Of a stretch of DNA of 64,000 bases, positions 52,453 to 64,000 are shown one piece after another. Under the pieces are notes generated by a model. The model was not told where the DNA came from. It worked only from the letters and a program-made list of their open reading frames with translations, and did no database searches. How positions within the stretch are numbered: the first letter of the stretch is position 1; each line of letters opens with the position of its first letter. The position numbers and the translations under genes are program-made. Where the stretch lies: the NCBI GenBank assembly GCA_964016885.1, contig OZ024747.1:81158001-81222000 (forward strand), read 5' to 3'. The stretch is from Eledone cirrhosa (Eukaryota).

Positions 52453-52841
52453 GGTGAAGGCGCATGGCTTAGTGGTTAGAGCAGTAGGCTTGGAACTGAA
52501 AGGTTGTGGGTTCGACCGGGTGATGTGTTGTTTCCTTGAGCAAGACACTTTATTTCACGTTGCTCCAGTTTACTCAACTGAAAATGAGTACCAGCAATAG
52601 CTGGAGGTTTAACCCTGCGATGGACTGGCGTCCTGTCCAGGAGAGAGTCTTGTTCTCTCGGTCGCTTCACGCCATGAAACTGGGATAAGCACCGGCCAAA
52701 TGAGCCTACTGGCTTAAGACAGACTTTAGAATAACAGCCTACCCGCCCAGCCAGTGGGATGGCGTCATCGTATGGCTAAAACAGCACATGCTGAGATCAG
52801 CAGTGCCGAATGGCGCCCAACAGATTGGTCGGTGAAGGTGA
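52453..52841 (+). mobile_element. tRNA-derived SINE with CORE-like and V-domain-like segments
   Basis: A box TGGCTTAGTGG, B box GGTTCGACC, CCTTGAGCAAGACACTT, then CCCTGCGATGGACTGGCGTCCTGTCCAGG. The tail differs from that of the 97-439 family. Confidence 0.75.
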
Positions 52842-52976
52842 TATATACCAATAATTGGGCTTCAGGGAGGATTTTCACCATTTTTATTTCTTCTTAATAT
52901 TTTCTGTTCAACCTTGTAGAAATATGTATTACAAGAATAAGATGTCTTTACTTTTTCATATTGACTATATATATAT

Positions 52977-53079
52977 ATAGCGTGTCTCCGAAAATTTTAT
53001 ACACATTTTGATTACCTGTACAGGCAATATTTATGAGAATGCTGCTAAGTGTGTATACATGTTTTTGGGACACCCTGTA
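52977..53079. mobile_element. Small Tc1/mariner-like MITE
   Basis: TA-TAGCGTGTCTCCGAAAA...TTTTTGGGACACCCTG-TA imperfect terminal inverted repeats, with inner TATACAC/GTGTATA. Confidence 0.5.
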
Positions 53080-56000
53080 GGTATGTATATATATATATAT
53101 ATATATACACACACATTTCATTTTAGATTAGGAGCTGTTTTTATAGTAGATAAGGAGCTGTTTTAGAAGTTATAAAAAGATTAGAATTATGCAAGAATAT
53201 CATCATCTAAAATTCACACTATACCCTGCAGATGCTCGAACAGATTTTAAAGCACCAAATGATGCAGATGAATAACTGAATTACTTATAAGATATTCCAT
53301 GGATTTATGAAAGGACATGAAAGGGTGAAAGAACAATATGTAAATATCAGAAGTGATGAACATCAGATAGTTCTGTTTAGAAAAGAATCAATGAAGTGAG
53401 AAAGAGCAGAAAATAGAATATTTATATGAAAATAGAAAATTGTCATGGAAATATTTTTTTATATGAAAATAGAAAGTTTTTCAATGAAAATAGAAATCAT
53501 ATACTACTTTGATTCATAAAAGACAAAATTCCATAATGGTAAGTGAAAAAATGTCAGAAGCAGTTCATACAGTACATATAATATTGAGAATCAAATCAGT
53601 AAGTCTAATAGAAAGTTCAGTTGAATATGAGTGCTTTTACAGAGATGAGTTTATGTACCATTAATAGTGACACATATATGTTCTATATATGTTACAAATT
53701 AAGCTTTTTTTAGTTTATTTGTAGTCTGAGAATATGTTGAATGATGTCTGAAAATGACTGTAGATGTTACTGATACAAACACAAATGATGAGGCTAATTG
53801 TCTTCTCAAGTAATAATTCATGTCATGTACACTGAGACAAATAACAAAAACTAAATACCACCTTATTTATAAAACAGTAAGAAGTAGCAACAACTTAGTA
53901 TACGCTCGAGATTTCAAACCTTTCCTCTCTAGAGCACCACTTTTATTCAAATGAATTTCCCTACTTCAATTAGTTCCCTCCTAGATTGATACACAGTGAT
54001 AATAATGGTAAAAAGAGAGAAATATATATACTTAGAAAACAATGGATGCCAAATCGAATATATTGTGTTTATAACAAATTACTTGAAAATTTGAACTTAA
54101 CTCACAGACACTTAGCAAGCCCCAGAGGTCCATGGACCCCAGACCAGAAACCTTTAGTATAAGCCACTCATTTGGTGCTTCTAGTCTGTCACATAATATT
54201 TTAAATATAAAAGACAAATTTCCAAGAAACATTTTACTTTCTATAAAATGGGGATTACATGAAGTTCTAAATCTTTAGACAAAATAAATTAATAGCAGTA
54301 ACTACTATGACTACTACCCACAAAAAGGGATAGCAGATTAAAGTAATAGGGCTTATATTTATCTAAAAACTTCCCATCATAGTTTTATGTAAGAATCCTT
54401 GTTAAGTTATGCCCCAGACACTAGCCTAATAATAAGGAAGTAAGTTATAGTACAAAATCCCTCATTCAAAAATTGAACATTATATATAATATTTATCATC
54501 GGAATAATTAGTAATTAAAAGGTTAAACAAAGTCAAAAAGTAAGTTTGAAAAATGAAGAGGTAATGAATCTTGACTGTTTCATCACCATTTTAGCAAAAT
54601 TGAGATCATATCTTCGTACTTTTTCCAAAGATAAATAACAATACATAGCAAATAATTCAACATAAAGCATGTACCAGTATTTAACAGGTTTAGTACCATA
54701 TATCTAATGAAACATTGCCTATATATGTCGATTAATTTGGAATGTTTGAAAACTTTAATGAGATAATTAGCTTTTCCATTCATCAGCAACTGTTTGAAAC
54801 ATATATTAACAAAAATGTCTCAAATAAGATTATGATGGAAGCTTTTATTAAAAGTAGATACATTCTAAAACAAGCAGTTGCCTATCTTTTCTGTTTTCAT
54901 ATATATTAAATAAAATTCAAATATATTTTATTGGCTCATTTGTTACAGTTTGTAAAAAGGAGTACAACAACCACCTCAAGAATGCACATCCAATATAAAC
55001 ATCTCCAACACCATCTATGAAGTGTATGCAACATATCACGGGCCCCCTAAAATGTTCATTAACCTTTTGAATACCAAACTGTTCAAAGCCATCTTTGGTT
55101 CTATGAAACAGAACCTGTTGTTTTAAATTAAAATATTCTCTTATAATTTAATATAAAACCATTTTACCCTATTATGTTATAAAAGCTACCATATTAAAGA
55201 TAATTTAATAAATCCCACCAAAATATCCATATATTTATTAAAATACAGAATATTTGATGTGAAATACAGTAAAGAAAGGGTTAACTATCTTGCACAAGTA
55301 ATGCTTCAGAAGCCCCACTATCACCATCTTCACTCCAACAATTTATACAAGAGCATATACTCTCTTTATAATCAAACCTCCATAAACATAACATCACACC
55401 CAATAACTATCTCTGTAATTGACCCTTTAAATACAAAACTATTTGAAACTGGCCTCAATTCTATGAAACAAAGCTATTTGCTTTAAAGTCTGTATATTTT
55501 TCTAAAGTATTATGTTGTAATTTTATGTAAGAACCATTGTTAAGTTACTTTTATGAAAACCAGTTTAATGATTAGCAAGTTAGTTACTTTACTAAATCCT
55601 TTTAAATTCCTGATTGTTGAAAATCATAGATAGTGTCTTTCAGAAAAGAATTTTGTAACAAAAGTGTTAAGTCACTAGACCATACTATTAAATATTACAC
55701 AATTGTAGGTACTCTTATTAGTGCCTCTAGCAATGCCACATCTAAGACAATGATAACTCATATATCCACCACCAGCTTCTCTATATAAACATCACAATAA
55801 AGTATGCCACCATAACTGCTTGCTGCGACCATAAATATACTCCCACTACCATCCACCATAAGCTAAATTGCTAAAGAAATTATCAAATTCTCCAACCTTC
55901 TGCATTAATTATTATCACAGGAAAAATAACTTATTAGTTATTTTTCTTTCATTCATGCCTGTAGTTTTTATTTTGCTAAGATTGCTGGTTTTTAATAGGA

Positions 56001-56528
56001 TTATGTAATGTTTGTGCGAGAATAGCTTAGGCAAGTTTTTTCTAAACAGATTAGTAAACAGTAAAGACATTGCTATGTGTCTTAAAATGGAATTACTTGA
56101 TTAAATTGTGATAATTTTTGCAAAAAAATGTATATTTAGATAATTATATATAAATGTGTGTGTATATATATATATATATCTATGCACACAAACATAAAGA
56201 CTCAGGCACACATATAACCATATATGTATATAAATGCATGAACATATATTCATATATGCAAAATGTTTCTGTGTATCTTTATTCATATATAAGTATATAT
56301 TGATAGAAAGACAAAGACAGTTATTTAATATATATATATATACACATACACACATATATATCTATATATATATATATATATGTATTGTTATACTTTGGGA
56401 GGGTCATGTTGCCAATAAGAAACACACGCACCAGTTGCTTTCACTTCAATTTATTATAATAAATTCATAAATTTAGGAATTTATAAATTTCCAGTTGGTT
56501 GGTTGGTTCCACAACCAGATGATTGTTT

Positions 56529-57890
56529 CCCCGAAAACCACGATGAACTAAAGAAAATGATTGCACATGCAGTGAGGGCCAGTATAAAATTAACCCTTAA
56601 GGAACATATGTTCAAATTTAATGGAAAAACATATGCCCAAGAGGAGGGAGCAGCCATTGGTGTTAGCATTGCAGGTGACATAGCTAACCTATTCATGGTA
56701 TGGTGGGACAATAGACTTAAACTTAAACTTAAAGAACAATTAGAAGACAGCAACCCCTTAACCCTGATAATGTACTCCCACTACGTTGATGATATAAACA
56801 TCGTAGTAAAAACACCCCCACTAGAGAACAGTCAGGAATTAGAGAAAAACACCATGGAAAACATCCAGCAAATAGCTAACTCCATCCACCAGAGTATTAG
56901 AGTTACTATAGACTACCCAAGCAAACACCCCAACCATTGATTACCTGTACTAGACACAGAGCTCTGGTTAGATACCATTAATAACAAAAAACAAATCCTC
57001 CATTCCCATTATGCCAAACCCATGACTTCCAAATATCTGATCCACCGAAACTCAGCTGTTTCGGACCATACCAAAATCAACATACTGATTGCGGATTTGG
57101 TACGGGTGATGTGCAACCCCAAAGAACTAGAGAGACACATACAACACTTCATCCACCATATGCAGTTCTCTGGTTACAATCAGAGAGATAAAATCAGAGT
57201 ATATAGAGGAGCCAGAACCAAATGGGAAAAAATGGTAAATAATGACACAAATGGGACCTGCCCCTTGTATAGGAGCAAATTTTGGAATAGAATAGAAAGA
57301 ACTAGGAACAAGGCCAATAGAATAAACTCATGGTATGATAGCAATAAATACCAGAGTGTAATGTTCATCGATACAACCCCTAGAGGTGAATTAGCTTACA
57401 AATTTAGAAGGACCCTAGATAAACATAAACTCAATATTAAGATAGTAGAAAGACCAGGTACCTCCATAAAAACACTTATTAGCAATACATACCCTTTTCA
57501 AAGACCTCCCTGTATAGATAAGAAATGTATAATCTGTAAATTAAGCCCCCATATTAACTGTAAAACTAGAAATGTAGTATATAGCATAAGATGTACTGAC
57601 AATGTAGAGATAAGAATATAGTGTACATAGGTGAGACAGCTCGTAGTGTAGGGGAACGGATAAATGAACACTGGCGAGACCTTCAAGATAGTAAAGAATC
57701 ATCTGTACTCTACCAACATGCTAAAATAGAACATAAGGGTAAATTAGAGAACATAGAAATAAAGATAGAATCTACACACAGAAAAGACGCAATGTTTAGA
57801 CAAATCACAGAGGCAATAAACATAAATGAACTCCAACCAAAATTAAATAGAAAACATGAATGGAACAGCAACATCACAACTTACAATTAA
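56529..57890 (+). pseudogene. Penelope-type RT (C-terminal half) and GIY-YIG endonuclease
   Basis: FKFNGKTYAQEEGAAIG...IANLFM, YVDD, LPVLD, Cys-rich linker, NVVY..RC, YIGETAR...R..EH and RQITEA...PKLN. There is a stop at 56938 and a frameshift near 57620. Confidence 0.92.
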
Positions 57891-58089
57891 GGACAAAATG
57901 AAAACACACACACACATAGAACAAACAACCAGCCAGTAATATGTAAATAAACAAATAAATAAACAAATATAAACACACACAGACACCCGGATGTAACACA
58001 TGCGCAAAATAAGCACACAAGACACACAAAAACAAGATGGCATAGGACAGAACAAAGGAGAGGCACAAAAACAAAGAAAAGAATCCCCA

Positions 58090-58132
58090 GTCACTGAAGA
58101 GGTCACAGAATGTGTGACGAAAGAACTTTGAC
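58090..58132 (+). ncRNA. Minimal type I hammerhead ribozyme in the pLTR
   Basis: guca-CUGAAGA-g-gucaca(gaaug)ugugac-GAAA-g(aa)c-UU^-ugac, with a perfect 4-bp stem I and 6-bp stem II. Confidence 0.8.
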
Positions 58133-58594
58133 AATATATGAACAATCATCTGGTTGTGGAACCAACCAACCAACCAACCAACCGGAAATTTATAAATTCC
58201 TAAATTTATAAATTTATTATAATAAATTGAAGTGAAAGCAACTGGTGCGTGTGTTTCTTATTGGCAACATGACCCTCCCAAAGTATAACAATATCGGTTT
58301 CAACACACGTTTTCAGATAAAGAATCTTGCTAAACAAATTCAGAAACAAAATATATATATATATATATATATGATGATGATAATGGTACAAATCTTCAGA
58401 AACATAATTGTTTACACATGTATATGTAGATAATTGCCTACATCACTATATATATGAACTATATATGTATATATATATATATTCAAGCACACTCATACAA
58501 AACCAGCTGCTATTGATGACCATATTCTGGTACAGGTGAAAAATCCAATTCATGCCCAATACTACTACTAGCATACCTGTTCAGTTACTATTCT

Positions 58595-58817
58595 TTTGAT
58601 TACACATTTAAACTGGCCATATCCGGCCATAATTCTCTCACCTCTTTCTGTTCAAACTGGTCATACCTGGCTCCTCATACAGACTTTAAGGTATTGCTCT
58701 CAAAATAAACAGTAACAAAATCTTATAGATTCGATATTATGTGAGATAATTATGTGAGGTAAAGCCTTTACCATGAAAATATAAGAGTAAATATAGAGTA
58801 ATGTAAATGATAAAGGG
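58595..58817. mobile_element. Diverged copy of the 60160-60380 MITE
   Basis: Collinear: CATTTAAACTGGCCATATCCGG...GAGTAATGTAAATGATAAAGGG. Confidence 0.75.
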
Positions 58818-60159
58818 AGAGTGCTTAGTGGAGAGTATAGTGATAATTGAAATACCCTGAATGTTTTAACTGACATTATATCTTGTCAAGACAAATGTAA
58901 ATACAAAACCAACAGCCAAATTACAAAAAAAAAATATTAAAAAGCTACAGGATGGATTATGATTTGGTAATGTATTTTCTTCGACTTACGATTTTAATTG
59001 TAACATTTTTTCTCATAAAAGTACTAAACTGCACTTGGATAATCAATTAAATTAAATTATTTCAAGTCTAAACAAATTAAAATAACAGTCAATATTTGTT
59101 TAATGTAGAAGTGCAGTCATTGGGTTAGCCCAAATTATACAAACAATAAATATATAAAAAGTGAAACAACTCCAATTATATAACAACCAAATTTTGTTGC
59201 ATTAGACAACTAGTGGTCAACTAATCTAGCTAAACTGTTAAAATATGTTATGATGCCAACCAGTGAGGATAGGAAGAAAGAATTTTGATGTATAGATTGA
59301 GATTATCTTAATATAAAGTTCTACTACTTTAAAAAGAAGCACACTATGCTGGTAGTTGAGTATGCAACATGCCACCTAGACTAAAAGAAAGGTAACTGAG
59401 ATCAATCTGAAAGAGTCAATGATATTAATAAGTCAAAAGAATAAATTTCTCAGCACAAAATGTATACATATTAAATCTGTTCTAAATCTAGACTTATTGA
59501 ATTTGTGCACAGTCATTTTAAAACTAATGAAACAATCTATTTGAAGGGCTACCACATCACAAAAATGGTTGAATGTGATCATAAAAATGATCTATTGAGA
59601 TACCTCAATGTTCAACATAAGGGGGTTTGTTCAGAATTAAATCAAGTAATACAATATGAACATTACTGCTAAGATACACAAAACAACTCGTTAGACATCA
59701 ATATATTAAATGTTTTAAATGCCTATAAGAGATGTTCTTATTCCCCACAAAACATACTAGCTTCTATAAAGCAAGAATCAACTGTATGTTCTTGTTATTC
59801 TATCTTATTTCATCACATAAGGAGGACCTATGCAGCTGTATAACTGAGGAACCTAATTTCTCAATAACGGAAGTAAACATTAACATAGTTATACATATAT
59901 AAAGGCAAGATGGTTGTCGCAGAAATGCTTTTGATTATATGTCTGCTCAGTCAGGACTGACCTGGAACTAAACAACAACAACAAACACACTCATCACATA
60001 TGTCTTTCATACATCTGAGATCAAAAATACAAAACAGCAGTTATGCACTTGGTAAATATAATTGATTATACTGCTTATCTTACCACCAAATGTGTGAATT
60101 TGTCCCAATTTTAGGAACAATTGTTCGAATGTTATTAGAATTCTTACTACTTCTATTAA

Positions 60160-60380
60160 CCCTTTAGCATTTAAACCGGCCATATCCGGTGAAAATTCTC
60201 TTACCCCTTTCTGTTCAAACTGGCTGTAACTGGCCACTCATACTGATATTAAGGTATTGTTCTCAAAATAAATAACATTGAAATCTCATAGATTCGATAT
60301 TATGTAAGATAATTATGTGAGATAAAGCCTTTATCATGAAAACACAATAGTATATATAGAGTAATGTAAATGGTAAAGGG
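60160..60380. mobile_element. 221-bp piggyBac-like MITE
   Basis: TTAA|CCCTTTAGCATTTA...TAAATGGTAAAGGG|TTAA (14-bp terminal inverted repeat, one mismatch). Confidence 0.8.
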
Positions 60381-60386
60381 TTAAAA

Positions 60387-60630
60387 TGGAGGATTGTCAG
60401 TATCAGAAGAGCATTGGACAACATGTTTTGCAGTATATAGTTATGGTCTTTTACAGTATATAATTATGGTCCTTTACATTCTGATTTCAAATCTTGTTGA
60501 GGTTAATTTGCCCTTCATCTTTAAAGGTTGATAGAAGAAAGTACCTGTAATGCACTGGAGTTGATTTATTCAACTTTCCCCTTCCCCTCAAATTGTTGGC
60601 CTTGTGTCAAATGTAAAGCAATTATTACTA
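60387..60630 (+). mobile_element. Family-B SINE (diverged)
   Basis: GGAGGATTGTCAGTATC...GAGGTTAATTTGCCCTTCATC...GTACCTGTAATGCACTGG...GGCCTTGTG...ATTATTA. Confidence 0.7.
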
Positions 60631-61575
60631 CTTCAATTATCGTCCTTATAACATAGATCTTTGTCATGTCAACATATAAATGGGAAATTGCTACAGCTGA
60701 GATAGTATACACTAAAATGTCTAGTTAATTGGACATAGCAACCCTATTTAGTTGTTTTCTTTCATTTTTTTTTTTATTGTTAGATATAAAATGCCATACT
60801 TTAAAATTAGATCTGCTGTATACTTTGGGAAAAGTTCCTCTTATTTCCAATAAAATAAGGCCAGGTGTTCCCTCATAACTCATCTTATTCATCTCAGTCA
60901 AAGTTGGACATGGAACTGTCATGTCCACCTTTGGCAGCTGTTATTGCTGAAATGAATGAGTGAGCCTTGTTTGAATGGAAATAACCCTAAACATTCTAGA
61001 TGTTCAAAGCTAAATGAACACTACAAGCATATTTAGTTGTGTAGTTCACCAGCAATTATTTGTCTAAATCTGTCAGTTTTGCTACACTGTTATTTTCTTT
61101 GCTACTCCACCGAAACCCTCACACATATATTAACTCCTTTGTCACCAAATAACTGTAATGTGGAGAGTTTTCTAACTGTGTAGTTTAGGCAGATATGAAA
61201 TGATGATAAGTATACCAGTTGTTTAGTTTATTAAAATATTGTGATACATGTATATACTTCTTTGTCAGTACTCATGTGTACAGCAATAAACTCAAAATCA
61301 CATAAAAGTATCTACAGCAGAAATACACAGACACACTTTTACGCACATACACTGTAATAGACAAGCATTCATATGTATGAGTTAGAAACAACATACAAAC
61401 AAACATTTATTTATAAATATTCTCTCTCTCTACACACATATATATATATCAATAATTATGTATGTGTATATATATATATATGGACAGACACATATTTATG
61501 CACTTTGAAATGTATTGAACAATATAAAGTCACTTTGGGCATATTTCATTTTCAAAGAATGAAAACTATAAACAA

Positions 61576-61637
<62 letters not shown>

Positions 61638-61648
61638 TTGTTTATAGT

Positions 61649-61705
<57 letters not shown>

Positions 61706-62190
61706 GTATATGTATATATATGTATGTGTGTTTACATATAGTTATGTACATAAATAGGTGTACATAAACATACATACATATGCACACACACACAAACGCA
61801 TAGATACATAAATCTGGAAGTTCGCAGCTTTCAATGATATCTTGTCAATAACAAAGACAGCAGAACCAATGAAAACAAATAGCAAATGTCCTTTTATGGG
61901 GAAAATGCAAACATAAAATGACAAATACATGACCATATGTGGTTGAAATATAAATATACATGAACAGGAAATATGGAATTATTAACAATTTATGAATATA
62001 GCAAAATATGAAATGCATGTCTAGTTGTGGTCGACATATGAACAGAAACAATTGCAAATAATATCTGTGATGTAAAATATAAATACAGGCTGACTGAAAA
62101 TGTACAATTGTAATAGGGGAATATAGCAATACCTTTAGAAAAAAGATATAGATTATATGGCTAAAAGAAACACATGATTACACACACAAA

Positions 62191-62243
<53 letters not shown>

Positions 62244-62259
62244 AATATATATAATTATT

Positions 62260-62432
62260 ATAATGAAATGACAGGAGGCTGGATTTGTGTAAATCCTTGA
62301 AAGGTTTATTATACTATGATCATTTCAATGACCGGGTTCCGTATGAATCCGGTGATATCATCAGGTATTCGAAATATAATACGTGAATGTAATAGATAAA
62401 ATCCATGGGGCTGAAAATCGAGGACCCGAGTA
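62260..62432 (-). mobile_element. Probable Penelope-like pLTR remnant with degenerate hammerhead
   Basis: Minus strand reads CTGATGA...CGGAACCCGGTC followed by AATAAA, between (TA)n runs. The GAAA core is mutated. Confidence 0.35.
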
Positions 62433-62704
62433 TAAATATATATATATATATATGTCTATATATATATGTGTCTATATATATATATGTGTGTGTGTGTCTA
62501 TATATGTGTGTGTGTATGTATATATATATATATAGTGCGCCATCAATAAAACAGGGAAAAAATGGCGCACTGTATCTCTCTCTAGTGTGGTACCTTTTCA
62601 ACATATTATATTTTAAAGTGCCCAGGATTTCCTCTCCTTTGAGCACATTATTTACAGGGAACGGCGAGAGTCTATGGCTCCGTTTATGTAGCGTGATATA
62701 TATA

Positions 62705-64000
62705 TCTTTATATATATAAAAGCGAGGATGTGTGTGTGTCTGTGTACAATTTTGCATACTTAAGGTTTTTACAATTACCAATTGAATTTGACCAAATTTT
62801 CTGTACAGGTTGCACAGGTCGCTAAGATTGTCACATCACAAACATTTTTCAAATCGATCCACGTTGAGCAATAAAAAATCGATATCAAAATTATGGGTAG
62901 AAAAATTGATGTAAGGGAGATAACAAACTTTATTGACAATCCTTATAAAAAAGGGAGATAACCAACTTTTCAGAAATATAAACATCACATTCATTTGAAG
63001 ATAAATCACTAATATTATCGTTTGTTTCTTGTTTATTCTTTGTTGCACTTTCAAAGTTAAAAAAACACTTGTTGTTTTAACTTTTTTCACTATATTAAGT
63101 GTTAATTTTCACGTTAAGGGCCTAATCTCGCAGCAGTCTCGAATTGACGAGATTTTGATGATGGTTTGTTTATTTTTAGAACAATCGTTATGGGACTTTC
63201 CATTCAAACCATTGGGACCTACAACTTTTACATTTTTAAAACTTTCATAAGCCATGTTGATACAAAAAAAAAATTTGTTGCACTTTCAAAGTCAACCGTA
63301 ACGCTTCAATTCATACATTTTGACGTTACAACTTTTCACCAAATATGCCCCGTAAAAGAAACTATGCACATATTGGATATCGGTCGAAGAAAACAATGCT
63401 TGTAAATGACGCTCCGCCGATAAGCGAAAATAGACAATCACTAAATGCGGTGATTGCAACATCTTTGTCCGCCGCTGAGCGTCGGTTAGTGCGGCGAATC
63501 AATAATGTTGCAGCAACTGCTGCAGCACAAGCTGCAGAGACTACAGAGCAATGTGAAACATGCCTTGCTATGGATGCTACAGATACTGCTGCAGCAAGAT
63601 CTGCAGAGACAGTACAAAAATATGAAAGACGCCGTGCACGTAATGCTTCAGCTAATGTTGCAGCAAGAGTAATTGAGACTGAGCAAGCACGCTCACGATG
63701 GTACCTTGAGGCAGTTAATTATGACCCTAATGTAAACTATCAAATCCATCCTGATATTCAAATATATGCCATGTCAAATACTTGCCAACATTGTAAAGCT
63801 AAAAAGTGTGTGCGTGGGGGGGGGGGGGGGAATCAGCTGGAATGTGCTGCTCCAACGGTAAGGTTAAATTTCCCACCCTTAGGGAACCACCGCAACCTCT
63901 CCAGATGCTTCTAACAGGTAAGCATTCACAATCACGTGATTTTCTGAAGCATATCTGACAGTACAACATTGCGTTTAAAATGACCTCTTTCGGTGCAAAA
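62705..64000 (+). mobile_element. Helitron 5' end (continues beyond window)
   Basis: A|TCTTTATATATATAAAAG start with a following (TG)n, then a RepHel N-terminal coding region. Confidence 0.8.
63345..64000 (+). pseudogene. Helitron Rep/helicase N-terminus (zinc-finger region)
   Basis: MPRKR...NYDP...M...CQHCKAKK, then after a frameshift at the poly-G (63816-63830) ESAGMCCSNGKV...PPQPL..LL......SRDFLKHI*QYNIAFKMTSFGA. Confidence 0.85.

Larger units (their letters stand above)
56383..58350 (+). mobile_element. Penelope-like retroelement, 5'-truncated, with inverted partial pLTR
   Basis: 56383-56527 is the reverse complement of 58141-58293. The RT and GIY-YIG coding region lies between them, and the element sits in (AT)n. 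Confidence 0.92.

Noticed and set aside
52453-52525. tRNA gene
   Set aside because: A and B boxes are present but there is no complete cloverleaf, and the sequence continues into a SINE body.

Overview
AT-rich, microsatellite-dense animal genomic DNA. The repeat landscape suggests a coleoid cephalopod such as an octopus, but that is inference. No host protein-coding gene is recognisable, and most ORFs in the track are microsatellite or antisense artefacts. The dominant structure is a 16.4-kb head-to-tail array (23413-39791) of 31 almost identical units of 547 or 454 bp, which differ by two versus one copy of a 93-bp module. The array runs with no spacer into the 5' end of a near-intact RTE-clade non-LTR retrotransposon (APE endonuclease, YADD reverse transcriptase and an embedded C4HC3 PHD finger, with one frameshift). 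Each unit has TATA, ATG, splice-donor and splice-acceptor-like signals, and the last acceptor opens exactly into the retrotransposon reading frame. The window also holds three truncated copies of the same RTE, a 5'-inverted RTE-like copy and R4/Dong-type fragments in (TAA)n. It further contains Penelope-like elements with hammerhead ribozymes (including a 603-bp palindrome), tRNA-derived SINEs, TTAA- and TA-type MITEs, and the 5' end of a Helitron.
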